NCBI GenBank assembly: GCA_012518935.1
Contig: JAAYRE010000020.1
Coordinates: 1-53,017 of the forward strand
Length of the DNA: 53,017 nt
From: Clostridiales bacterium
GTDB taxonomy: Bacteria; Bacillota; Clostridia; Lachnospirales; Lachnospiraceae
Reading direction: 5' to 3'
The position numbers and the translations under genes are program-made. This document shows, piece by piece, positions 42,541 through 52,109 of the stretch; position 1 is the stretch's first letter; every line of letters starts with the position of its first letter. The notes under the pieces were generated by a model. The model was given only the letters and a program-made list of their open reading frames with translations. It was not told where the DNA came from and ran no database searches.

Positions 42541-42769
42541 CGTGGATATTATAGCATGTGGGGTGTTTACCCTCAATGGATTAAATTATTCTTTAGTACT
42601 TTTTGTATAATTAGGCTATTACATAGTATTTTTTAATGTTATACTATAGATGATGTCATAGATATGAGGATACTTAAGGAAGATTTAGATGGGGTTATTT
42701 AAGGTGGATGGACTGTTGTAAGTTCATTCGCATTTGGTATGTTTCATGACAATGAGAAGGAGGTTACTT

Positions 42770-45148
42770 ATGAAATTTTCAAATGGCTGCTGGTTACATA
42801 AAGAAGGCACAGAGGTGTTTTCACCGGCACAGGTTTACTTTATTAAGAAGGATGATCAAGTTCTGGTTAAAGAAAGTGGAAAGTTTACTTGCAAAGAAAT
42901 CATTCTCTGTGCACCTACTCATAAGATATATAACAGGGGGGATACTCTAGGGGGAGTAAACTTAAATATTCGTATATCATCACCATATTCGGATGTCTTA
43001 CGTATTAGAAGTAATCATTATCTTGGAGTAAGGGATAAGGGTCCAAGCTTTGAGCTTACCATGGATGAGGACCATAATATAGAGGTTAACAATGAAGAAG
43101 AATTACTCGTAATCCATAGTGGTAATCTCAGACTGGAAATTAATAAAAGTAACTGGAAGATGGAATTTTATAGAGGTGATGAAAAGATAACAGACAGTGG
43201 ATGGCGGGACTTGGCATATGTAAAGACCGACTGGAGAGGATTGGCCTATGATGATGGTGGCACAAAGAACACCTACATGAGAGAGAGGTTATCCTTGTCT
43301 GTAGGGGAATTAATATATGGCCTTGGTGAAAGATTTTCACCCTTCATAAAAAACGGCCAAACTGTTGATATATGGAATGAAGATGGTGGAACATCCACTG
43401 AGCAATCATATAAAAACGTACCCTTCTATATATCCAATAAGGGTTATGGCGTCTTTGTCAACCACCCGGAGAAGGTTTCCTTTGAAGTAGGCTCTGAAAA
43501 TGTTAAGAAAGTACAATTTTCAGTTCCTGGTGAAGGTCTAGACTATTTTATAATTAACGGTCCCACTATGAAGGAAGTACTGATGAGGTATACGGATCTT
43601 ACTGGAAAACCAGGGCTTCCTCCTCCATGGACCTTTGGATTATGGCTTTCCACATCCTTTACAACTAATTATGATGAAGAAACGGTTAACAGCTTTGTTG
43701 ATGGCATGCTTGATAGAAAGATTCCTCTTAAAGTATTTCATTTCGATTGCTTCTGGATGAAGGAGTTCCATTGGTCTAATTTTACTTGGGATTCTGATGT
43801 CTTCCCTGACCCAGCTGGAATGATAGGGCGACTAAAAGAAAAAGGCCTTAAGATATGTGTTTGGATAAACAGTTATATTGCACAGGAATCTTCCATGTTT
43901 GCTGAAGGGGTGGAGAAGGGATATTTTATCAAGCGTCCTAACGGTGATGTATGGCAATGGGATATGTGGCAACCGGGTATGGCCATAGTTGATTTTACTA
44001 ATCCAGCTGCATGTGACTGGTACAGCTCCAAGCTTGAAGCCTTGATGGATATGGGTGTTGATTGCTTTAAGACGGATTTTGGGGAGAGAATACCTACGGA
44101 TGTAGTCTACTTCGATGGATCAGACCCTCATAAGATGCATAACTATTATTCATACCTATATAATAAAGTTGTATTTGATTTATTAGAGCGTAAACTGGGT
44201 AAAGGAAATGCCGTATTATTTGCACGAAGTGCTACAACAGGAGGACAGAAATTCCCTGTTCATTGGGGTGGAGATTGTTGGTCAGACTATGAGTCAATGG
44301 CAGAGAGCTTGCGAGGTGGATTATCCCTGACCATGTCCGGCTTTGGATATTGGAGTCATGATATCGGAGGATTTGAGAACACCTCGACACCAGATGTATA
44401 CAAACGCTGGGCAGCCTTTGGCCTTATGTCAACTCATTCCCGTCTTCATGGAAGTTGGTCCTATAGGGTGCCTTGGGCCTATGATGAGGAGTCAGTTGAT
44501 GTTGTAAGGTTCTTTACAAGGTTAAAAGGAACTCTTATGCCTTACTTATATAAGAATTCCATCGAGTCCTCTAATACTGGTATACCTGTAATGCGGAGCC
44601 TGGTTATGGAGTTTACCGATGACCCTACCTGCGGATATGTGGATAAACAGTATATGCTAGGTGATTCTTTACTGGTAGCCCCCATATTCAATGATAAAGG
44701 AATTGCCCACTATTACCTTCCTGAAGGCAAATGGACCAATTATCTTACAGGCGAAGTAAAGATGGGTGGCAGATGGATAAAAGAGGAGCATGGTTACTTA
44801 AGTATTCCCCTTATGGTAAGGGAAGGAAGCTTACTTCCAATTGGTTCAAGATATGATGATGCTGTATATGATTATGCTGATGGGCTTATACTAAAGGCCT
44901 ATGAACTTCAAGAAAATATTCCCTCTACAACAGTAGTCTATAATGATAAGCAAGAAGTAGAAGTACAGGCTAAGATTTTTAAGAAGGATAATAAAATATA
45001 TATTGATGTAGATAGTAAAAAGGATTATTCAGTTAGATTAATTAATCTTAATAATATAAGTTCCGTCACAAATGGATCTTATAAGCAGGATAATAATGAC
45101 ACAGTAATAACCCCTGATAAGTCAGGACAAATTATTTGCACATTATAA
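42770..45148 (+). CDS. yicI: Alpha-xylosidase, GH31
   Basis: MKFSNGCW, FGLWLSTSF, HFDCFWM, CFKTDFGER, WSHDIGGFE. Confidence 0.93.
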   Translation: MKFSNGCWLHKEGTEVFSPAQVYFIKKDDQVLVKESGKFTCKEIILCAPTHKIYNRGDTLGGVNLNIRISSPYSDVLRIRSNHYLGVRDKGPSFELTMDEDHNIEVNNEEELLVIHSGNLRLEINKSNWKMEFYRGDEKITDSGWRDLAYVKTDWRGLAYDDGGTKNTYMRERLSLSVGELIYGLGERFSPFIKNGQTVDIWNEDGGTSTEQSYKNVPFYISNKGYGVFVNHPEKVSFEVGSENVKKVQFSVPGEGLDYFIINGPTMKEVLMRYTDLTGKPGLPPPWTFGLWLSTSFTTNYDEETVNSFVDGMLDRKIPLKVFHFDCFWMKEFHWSNFTWDSDVFPDPAGMIGRLKEKGLKICVWINSYIAQESSMFAEGVEKGYFIKRPNGDVWQWDMWQPGMAIVDFTNPAACDWYSSKLEALMDMGVDCFKTDFGERIPTDVVYFDGSDPHKMHNYYSYLYNKVVFDLLERKLGKGNAVLFARSATTGGQKFPVHWGGDCWSDYESMAESLRGGLSLTMSGFGYWSHDIGGFENTSTPDVYKRWAAFGLMSTHSRLHGSWSYRVPWAYDEESVDVVRFFTRLKGTLMPYLYKNSIESSNTGIPVMRSLVMEFTDDPTCGYVDKQYMLGDSLLVAPIFNDKGIAHYYLPEGKWTNYLTGEVKMGGRWIKEEHGYLSIPLMVREGSLLPIGSRYDDAVYDYADGLILKAYELQENIPSTTVVYNDKQEVEVQAKIFKKDNKIYIDVDSKKDYSVRLINLNNISSVTNGSYKQDNNDTVITPDKSGQIICTL

Positions 45149-45168
45149 AGTACAGGAGAGATAAAACA

Positions 45169-47280
45169 ATGAAGAAGGTTGATGAAACAAGGATTGATGA
45201 TTTATTATCGCAATTAACTCTAGAAGAGAAAATCTCAATGATACATGGGGAGGGTATCTTTCAGACCGCTGCAGTAGAGAGACTGGGAATACCTGCACTT
45301 AAAATGTCTGACGGCCCCATGGGTGTACGTAAGGAGTTTGCTTTAGACCAATGGATAAATGTTAGTAGCACCGATGATCAAGTATCATATCTTCCCAGCA
45401 ATAGTGCTCTAGCTTCGACTTGGAGCAGAGAGCAGGCTTATAAAACCGGTAAGGTATTAGGAGCAGAAGCAAGAGGCAGGGGGAAGGATGTTATATTGGC
45501 TCCGGGCATTAATATTAAGAGAAGCCCTATATGTGGTAGAAATTTTGAGTATATGAGTGAGGATCCCAGACTAATAGAGGAGTTGGTAGCTCCACTTATT
45601 AAGGGAATCCAGGAGAATGATGTGGCTGCTTGCGTTAAGCATTTTGCAGCAAATAATCAGGAGACTGACCGCTTGGCAGTAGATACTTACCTAGATAAGA
45701 GGTCCTTAAGGGAGATTTATTTCCCTGGATTTAAAGCAGCTATAGATAAGGGTGGAAGCTATACCATAATGGGTGCCTATAATCGTTTGTTCGGAGAGCA
45801 TAGTTCTCAAAGTGAGTATTTGCTTACAAGTATTCTCAGGGATGAATGGGGCTATGATGGAGCTGTGATTTCAGATTGGGGCGGGGTCCATGATACAAGG
45901 GAAGCTGGCCAGTCAGGTCTTGACATTGAGATGTCTGTAGATGGAGACTTTGATAATTATTATATGGCAGACCCATTATTGGAGGCTGTAAGAAGCAGTA
46001 AAATCAAAGAAGAGTATATTGATAAAAAGATCCGTAATATACTTCGAACCATGCTTAGACTGAATATGCTAGGTGATGATAGAAGGGATCGTGCCACAGG
46101 TACCTATAATTCTCCAGAACATCAAAGGGCCATCCTAGAATGTGCAGAGGAATCCATAATTCTACTTAAGAACCAGGATAATAGGCTGCCTATACAAAAG
46201 GACAAAATTAAAACTTTGGCCGTTATTGGTCAAAATGCTGAACGGGTTCATGCAAGTGGTGGGGGAAGTGCTGAGATTAAAGCATTGTATGAAATATCAC
46301 CTCTTCTGGGGTTAAAAATGCAATTAGGGGGAGAGGTGGAAGTTAAATATGCTAAGGGATATTATGTTCCCACAAAAATAGAGAAGGAGCTTAACTGGCA
46401 GCAGGATAGTCTTAAATTGTTACAAGAGGCAGTTTTACTGGCAAAGGAAACTGACGAAGTTATAATAATTGCAGGGCTAGACCATGAATATGATTGTGAG
46501 GGTAAGGATAGAGAAGATATGAAGCTACCCTATGGCCAGGATAGGTTAATAAAAGAGGTTTTAGCTGTTAATCCTAATGCTGTGGTTGTTATTGTGGCTG
46601 GCTCACCAGTAGAGATGGGAGCTTGGTCTGATGATGCAAAGGCAATTGTTTGGAGTTATTATGCCGGTATGGAAGGGGGAAGAGCCTTGGCAAAGGTACT
46701 TCTTGGTCAAGTAAACCCTTCAGGTAAATTGGCTGAGACCTTTCCTAAAAAACTTATGGATTCTCCTGCCCATAGCATAGGTGAGTTTGGCAAATATGGA
46801 AAGGTTACTTATAAGGAAGGAGTTTATGTGGGCTATAGGTATTTTGATAGCTATAATGTTGAGCCAGAATTTCCTTTTGGGCATGGCCTTTCATATACAT
46901 CCTTCGAATATAGTAATCTAGAAATTGAACTTGATGAATCCAGTGTAGAAGATGATGTTAATGTTAGGGTTAGGGCTACCATAAGAAATACCGGTGCTCT
47001 AGCAGGAGCAGAAGTGGTACAGGTCTATGTAGCTTCTAAGGAGGCTTCTATACCAAGACCAATCCATGAATTAAAGGGATTTGATAAGCTTTATTTGGAG
47101 CCAAATGAAGAAAAGATAGTTGAAATATGTCTTCATAAGGATTCATTTGGATTTTATGATGAAGATGGCTGTAGCTTTTTAGTAGAACCTGGGGAGTATG
47201 AAATACAAGTAGGCTCATCATCAAGAGATATAAGGCTAACAGAGAATATAAAGCTTAATAAGAAATATAGGTATCAGTAG
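45169..47280 (+). CDS. Beta-glucosidase / xylosidase, GH3 with Fn3-like domain
   Basis: SDGPMGVR, GRNFEYMSEDP, CVKHFAAN, ISDWG, NPSGKLAETFP. Confidence 0.93.
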   Translation: MKKVDETRIDDLLSQLTLEEKISMIHGEGIFQTAAVERLGIPALKMSDGPMGVRKEFALDQWINVSSTDDQVSYLPSNSALASTWSREQAYKTGKVLGAEARGRGKDVILAPGINIKRSPICGRNFEYMSEDPRLIEELVAPLIKGIQENDVAACVKHFAANNQETDRLAVDTYLDKRSLREIYFPGFKAAIDKGGSYTIMGAYNRLFGEHSSQSEYLLTSILRDEWGYDGAVISDWGGVHDTREAGQSGLDIEMSVDGDFDNYYMADPLLEAVRSSKIKEEYIDKKIRNILRTMLRLNMLGDDRRDRATGTYNSPEHQRAILECAEESIILLKNQDNRLPIQKDKIKTLAVIGQNAERVHASGGGSAEIKALYEISPLLGLKMQLGGEVEVKYAKGYYVPTKIEKELNWQQDSLKLLQEAVLLAKETDEVIIIAGLDHEYDCEGKDREDMKLPYGQDRLIKEVLAVNPNAVVVIVAGSPVEMGAWSDDAKAIVWSYYAGMEGGRALAKVLLGQVNPSGKLAETFPKKLMDSPAHSIGEFGKYGKVTYKEGVYVGYRYFDSYNVEPEFPFGHGLSYTSFEYSNLEIELDESSVEDDVNVRVRATIRNTGALAGAEVVQVYVASKEASIPRPIHELKGFDKLYLEPNEEKIVEICLHKDSFGFYDEDGCSFLVEPGEYEIQVGSSSRDIRLTENIKLNKKYRYQ

Positions 47281-47381
47281 TGAATATAAAAGTCAATAAG
47301 TATGGACAAACTTATATCAAGTATAATTGACTTTTATTTGTAACTCATTTAGAATGTAAATAAAAACAAGTGGAGGTTTTT

Positions 47382-48314
47382 ATGGCAATCAACAAGGCAA
47401 TGAGAATTGCATTAAAAGCATTGTCATATCCAGATTTGGATGTAAAGAAGAATTATAAGCTCCATCGACAAGTGAACAATATAGTACGTCCATATCTAAA
47501 ACCTCGCTATACGATATGGGATCATAAAATTGCCGGAATTGATTATGAAATTCCGGTAAGGCTTTTTTTGCCTCCTGATAGCTCAGTTAAGGATAAGCAA
47601 AAGGTGCTGATTTTCTTTCATGGTGGTGGCTGGGTTATAGGCAATATTGACAGCTATAGTAATGTGTGTGCCCATATGGCTTCTATGACCGGCTGTGTAG
47701 TAGTCTCTGTGGATTATCGGCTGGCACCGGAACATCCTTTTCCATGTGGCCTAGAGGATTGTTACGCAGTTGCTAGGGAGATTTTTCTTGATTTAACCTT
47801 ATTTGGAGTGGACAAGGAGGATATAGTCCTTATCGGTGATAGTGCTGGTGGTAACCTAGCTGCAGCAGTATCTCTTAAGGCCAGGGATAGGGGTGAATTT
47901 AAGGTTACAAAGCAAATACTTATATATCCCTCTACCCATAATGATCATAGTGATGAGACAGGCTTTCCTTCAATCAGAGAATATGGTACAGATTATCTAC
48001 TTACATCTAAGAGAATAAGGGATTATATGGATTTGTATAGAAGCTCAGATGAGGATTTGTTTAATCCTTACCTAGCACCACTTATTGCAGATGACTTATC
48101 AGACCAACCAAGAACCCTGATAATTACGGCACAGTATGATCCTTTAAGGGATGAGGGAGAAGCCTATGGTAAGAAATTAAGGGAACATGGTAATACAGTG
48201 TTTATACATCGTATGAAGGATTCTCTTCATGGTTTTATATCCTTACCCAAGCATTTTGTTCACGTTAAGAGAAGCTATCAGTTGATTAATGAATTTTTGA
48301 ATGATACATTATAG
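47382..48314 (+). CDS. HSL-family alpha/beta hydrolase (lipase/esterase)
   Basis: FFHGGGW, DYRLAPEHPFP, GDSAGGNL, DPLRDEG, HGF. Confidence 0.92.
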   Translation: MAINKAMRIALKALSYPDLDVKKNYKLHRQVNNIVRPYLKPRYTIWDHKIAGIDYEIPVRLFLPPDSSVKDKQKVLIFFHGGGWVIGNIDSYSNVCAHMASMTGCVVVSVDYRLAPEHPFPCGLEDCYAVAREIFLDLTLFGVDKEDIVLIGDSAGGNLAAAVSLKARDRGEFKVTKQILIYPSTHNDHSDETGFPSIREYGTDYLLTSKRIRDYMDLYRSSDEDLFNPYLAPLIADDLSDQPRTLIITAQYDPLRDEGEAYGKKLREHGNTVFIHRMKDSLHGFISLPKHFVHVKRSYQLINEFLNDTL

Positions 48315-48364
48315 GTAGAGTTTTTATATAGTCTGTACTATTTAAAATGAAGGGGTTAATATCT

Positions 48365-49630
48365 ATGACAAGAAGACCTGTAGAATGGACAAAATTAGAT
48401 AATGCCGCAAAAATATTTCCTCCCACAAGCAATGAGAAGGATACTAAGGTTTTTCGCTTTGTCTGTGACATGAAAGAGGATATTGATGGGGATATTCTGC
48501 AAGATGCTTTAGATAAAACCATGCTTCTTTTTCCCTTTTATCGTACTGTCCTTAGGAAGGGAGTGTTTTGGTATTATTTTGAAAGTACAGAATTAATGCC
48601 TGAAGTAGTAGAGGAATCCAAACTGCCTTGTAGCATGATATATTATCCCAATCGTAAGAACTTATTGTTTGAGGTTACCTATTATAAGAATCGGATTAAT
48701 CTTGAAGTATATCATTCTCTTACAGATGGAACTGGAGCATTAGGCTTTTTAAAGACCCTACTATATTATTATATAACAGTCAAATATCATGATGATTTTC
48801 AGGACAAGCTCCCTGTACTGGATTATGATGCATCCCTTTCGCAGAAGATGGATGATAGCTTCTTAAAGCATTATACCAACACAAAACTACCTAAAAGAGT
48901 TAAGGTTACAAAAGCATATCATATTCAAGGTAGGAGAACCATAGATAATCGCATGAAAGTAATTGAAGGGGTTATGTCTGTAAAGAAGGTTCTTGAACTT
49001 GCCCATAGATATAACACTACCCTTACTATATATCTAACAGCTGTATTTATAAAAGCTATTTATATGGAAATGCCTGCCCGGAGCAGGAAGTATCCCATAG
49101 TGCTATCAGTGCCAGTAAATCTTAGGGCTTATTTTCCATCGGTTACAGCTAGGAATTTCTTTTCAACTATTAATATAAAATACGATTTTAGCACATCAAG
49201 TGATAAGCTAGAGGATATTATTATAAAAGTGAAAGAAAGTTTTGAGAAGGAACTTACTCAGGATAGTATAACTGCCCACATGAATCGTCTACTGGCTTTA
49301 GAGCAAAATGCCTTTATGAGGGTGGTACCCTTGTCAATAAAAGATATAATACTTCGTATAGCAGACCGCATACATGATAAAGGGGTAACAGCAACCCTGT
49401 CTAATATTGGTAAGGTTACCATAAGCCCTGAGTTGGCTCCCTATATTAACATGTTCTCATGTTTTACCAGTGCAAGAAGACCTCAGATTGCCATATGCTC
49501 ATTTCAGGATAAGCTGGTGGTCAGTTTTACCTCTCCTTATACTGGAACTGACATACAAAAGAATTTTTTCCGCCATCTAACCGATGAAGAGGTACCTGTT
49601 ACTATATCTACAAATGCTAAAGAAATATAG
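48365..49630 (+). CDS. CoA-dependent acyltransferase (alcohol acetyltransferase / condensation-like)
   Basis: WTKLDNAAKIFP, HSLTDG (HxxxDG), PVNLR, LSNIG. Confidence 0.82.
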   Translation: MTRRPVEWTKLDNAAKIFPPTSNEKDTKVFRFVCDMKEDIDGDILQDALDKTMLLFPFYRTVLRKGVFWYYFESTELMPEVVEESKLPCSMIYYPNRKNLLFEVTYYKNRINLEVYHSLTDGTGALGFLKTLLYYYITVKYHDDFQDKLPVLDYDASLSQKMDDSFLKHYTNTKLPKRVKVTKAYHIQGRRTIDNRMKVIEGVMSVKKVLELAHRYNTTLTIYLTAVFIKAIYMEMPARSRKYPIVLSVPVNLRAYFPSVTARNFFSTINIKYDFSTSSDKLEDIIIKVKESFEKELTQDSITAHMNRLLALEQNAFMRVVPLSIKDIILRIADRIHDKGVTATLSNIGKVTISPELAPYINMFSCFTSARRPQIAICSFQDKLVVSFTSPYTGTDIQKNFFRHLTDEEVPVTISTNAKEI

Positions 49631-49661
49631 ATTGGCTTACTAATAGAATGGAGTGTAGTAA

Positions 49662-50324
49662 ATGAACAAGTGTATCCATTGTAAGGTTAATATCAAGGGA
49701 GATCATGTTGTTTGCCCTTTATGTGCAAGTATTCTTGAGGATAAGAATGGGGAGGAAAATGTATTTCCCCATATTCCAACCATATATCAGGAATTTAATC
49801 TTTTTATCAGAATACTTATATTAATATCCATTGTGGCTGTAGTGGCAAGCTTTGCTGTTAATATGATATTCACTAAGGAATCCCGCTGGTCAATATTGGT
49901 TGCCGCTGGGATAGCTTGCATGTGGATAAGTTTGTTTTTTATAATACGAAAGAAGAACAATATTCCGAAGACCATCCTGTGGCAGGTAGGTATAATATGT
50001 ATCCTGTCGGTTCTGTGGGATAAATCCATGGGATGGATAGGATGGTCCATTGATTATGTCATACCTTCAGTCTGTGTTTTGGCAATGATAGTTATGGCTG
50101 TAGCGGCCAAGATATTAAAGATAGGTGTTAGGGACTTAATTATATATATTTTTATTGATGCTATCTTTGGATTTATACCTGTGATTTTCATAGTATTTGG
50201 ATGGTTAAATGTGTCCTTCCCATCTGTCATATGTGTAGCTGCAAGTATAATATCCCTATCAATCCTTATATTGTTCCAAGGGGAGAATATGAAAAACGAA
50301 TTAAACAAGAGAATGCATATATAA
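49662..50324 (+). CDS. DUF6320-like membrane protein with N-terminal zinc ribbon
   Basis: CIHC...CPLC then about 6 TM; GWSIDYVIP; ELNKRMHI C-terminus. Confidence 0.75.
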   Translation: MNKCIHCKVNIKGDHVVCPLCASILEDKNGEENVFPHIPTIYQEFNLFIRILILISIVAVVASFAVNMIFTKESRWSILVAAGIACMWISLFFIIRKKNNIPKTILWQVGIICILSVLWDKSMGWIGWSIDYVIPSVCVLAMIVMAVAAKILKIGVRDLIIYIFIDAIFGFIPVIFIVFGWLNVSFPSVICVAASIISLSILILFQGENMKNELNKRMHI

Positions 50325-50339
50325 AGGAAGGTATATATT

Positions 50340-51083
50340 ATGACGACATTTGCTTTAAAAATAATTGCAATTATTACTATGCTAATAGACCATATAGCAG
50401 CCATATTTATCCCACAAAACACATGGATCTATATAGCTGGCAGAGTAATTGGCAGACTAGCTTTTCCCATCTTTGTATTTTTACTGGTGGAGGGTTTTTA
50501 CCACACCCGGAGTGTTCCAAACTATCTAAAGAGATTAGGAATCTTTGCACTGATATCTGAGATTTTCTTTGATTTGGCCTTTTATAATTCCTTTTTTCAG
50601 TCATCCAGTGGAAATATAAAAACAGATTTGCCAAAAATCTTTTCTGATAATCAGATCTTTGATACAGTAGTGAAAAGATTTATGTCCTATCAGAATGTAT
50701 TTTTTACTTTATTTATTGGACTTGCGACTATATATTTTATGAGTATAATAGAGAAGAAATATAAAGATAATATGGTCTATGTTAATATAATTAATGCAAT
50801 TATCACCATTGCTGCTTGTCTAGTTGCAGCTGTGTTAAGGACGGATTATAGCTATAAAGGTGTCTTACTGATAGTAGCATTTTATCTCTTTAGGGGAAGT
50901 AAGATTCTGCTTGTTTTAGGAATATTACTGATAAACCAAGATGTTATACTGGCATTTGCAGTATTTGCTATGATACCCATAGCATTTTACAATGGCAAAA
51001 AGGGTAAAGATATAAAATATTTCTTTTACACCTTTTACCCGGCACATTTGCTTCTGCTTTTTTTAATAAGTCTTGCTTTCTAG
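50340..51083 (+). CDS. TraX-family membrane acyltransferase-like protein
   Basis: LKIIAIITMLIDH, IGRLAFPIF, EGFYHTR, QNVFFTL, YNGKKG, FYPAHL. Confidence 0.85.
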   Translation: MTTFALKIIAIITMLIDHIAAIFIPQNTWIYIAGRVIGRLAFPIFVFLLVEGFYHTRSVPNYLKRLGIFALISEIFFDLAFYNSFFQSSSGNIKTDLPKIFSDNQIFDTVVKRFMSYQNVFFTLFIGLATIYFMSIIEKKYKDNMVYVNIINAIITIAACLVAAVLRTDYSYKGVLLIVAFYLFRGSKILLVLGILLINQDVILAFAVFAMIPIAFYNGKKGKDIKYFFYTFYPAHLLLLFLISLAF

Positions 51084-51087
51084 AATA

Positions 51088-51264
51088 CTATAGATCATAA
51101 TATTGTTCCTTTTCCTGAATATAATTCTTTGTGGAATACTGATAAATGGTCTTATCTTTTGCGTGGCTTGGTTTTTCTGGAAAGTACATTCTGTCAACTA
51201 ATTTTGTTACACTCTTGGCAGAAGGGAAACGATAATAAGTCTTTTTGGTGGGTTCAAAATACAT
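51088..51264 (-). CDS. 58-aa small protein (not in the ORF track)
   Basis: AGGAGG RBS then MYFEPTKKTYYRFPSAKSVTKLVDRMYFPEKPSHAKDKTIYQYSTKNYIQEKEQYYDL; fills the intergenic gap. Confidence 0.6.
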   Translation of the reverse strand: MYFEPTKKTYYRFPSAKSVTKLVDRMYFPEKPSHAKDKTIYQYSTKNYIQEKEQYYDL

Positions 51265-51445
51265 AAGATAAACCTCCTAAATATTATGATTCACTATCAT
51301 TTGTGTCAATTTATTGAAGCCATGACTATAAAGATTATATTGTAATCTATTGTTTGTATTATAAAAAAATATATACTAGGAAATTCATTGAACATACAAT
51401 ATAATCCAAATATTAAGAAAAAGAGAGTAGGTAGGTTTACTAGAT

Positions 51446-51940
51446 ATGATTTCACTAAAGATTGAAGATGTTAAATCCTTTATGTCAATGCTTCTTACAA
51501 ATTCTTTGTTTGATGAATTTATCTTGAAAGAAATGGAGATTCAAACATTCACAAACTTTAAGGTATCCGGTCAATTTTATAAGGATTTTTTTTCACAAGA
51601 AGAAATAGAGGATAGAATAGAGAAAGCTGCTGTATTATGGAGCGAGATTAGAGGGATTGCATTTTCTATTATCCGTGGTAACAAAACCCCACTATCAATG
51701 AAGCTCGTCTTTCAGCTACCCAAGGAAGAGGTATATAGATTAGTTGATAGTATGGGTGGAAGGATAAAACTTGAAGATGTGGGCGGATTATTTATTAATG
51801 TTCGTTTTGAAAAGAATGAGCTTTATATTATTACAGGAACAGCAATTAAGACATTTACCTTGGATAAAACCCTGGAACAATTATGGGATGACTGGGTTAG
51901 AAGTTTTTTAAAGATCCAAAGGATCACATATAATGAATAA
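51446..51940 (+). CDS. DUF5721-like conserved hypothetical protein
   Basis: MISLKIEDVKSFMSMLL...FSIIRGNKTP...KTFTLDKTLEQLWD. Confidence 0.75.
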   Translation: MISLKIEDVKSFMSMLLTNSLFDEFILKEMEIQTFTNFKVSGQFYKDFFSQEEIEDRIEKAAVLWSEIRGIAFSIIRGNKTPLSMKLVFQLPKEEVYRLVDSMGGRIKLEDVGGLFINVRFEKNELYIITGTAIKTFTLDKTLEQLWDDWVRSFLKIQRITYNE

Positions 51941-51955
51941 TACATCAACTAATTG

Positions 51956-51982
51956 TTAGCACTCTCATTAGTAGAGTGCTAA
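51956..51982. promoter_or_regulatory. CIRCE element (HrcA operator)
   Basis: Perfect TTAGCACTC-N9-GAGTGCTAA; sigmaA TTGACT-17-TATTAT follows at 51990-52018. Confidence 0.97.
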
Positions 51983-52109
51983 ATTTTTCTTGACTTTTTA
52001 TATATCAAGTATTATTATAAATGATAATGGAAAGCTAGGAGCTTTCAATACATAACTAGGAAAGGAGGCATATCAGGTTAAGATAGATATTGAACCTGAT
52101 TGGCAGAGC

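Noticed and set aside
42703-42731. GU-rich hairpin in the yicI leader
   Set aside because: Single modest stem with no resemblance to a riboswitch or antiterminator site I can support.
46380-46440. Possible in-frame deletion in the GH3 linker (NWQQDSL/KLLQEAV)
   Set aside because: The region is naturally variable and this cannot be supported without an alignment.
50340-51083. TraX as evidence of a conjugative element
   Set aside because: No relaxase, T4SS, pilin or integrase genes; TraX-family genes are common in Firmicutes chromosomes.
51956-51982. CIRCE before htpG as a novelty
   Set aside because: HrcA control of htpG is already known in clostridia.
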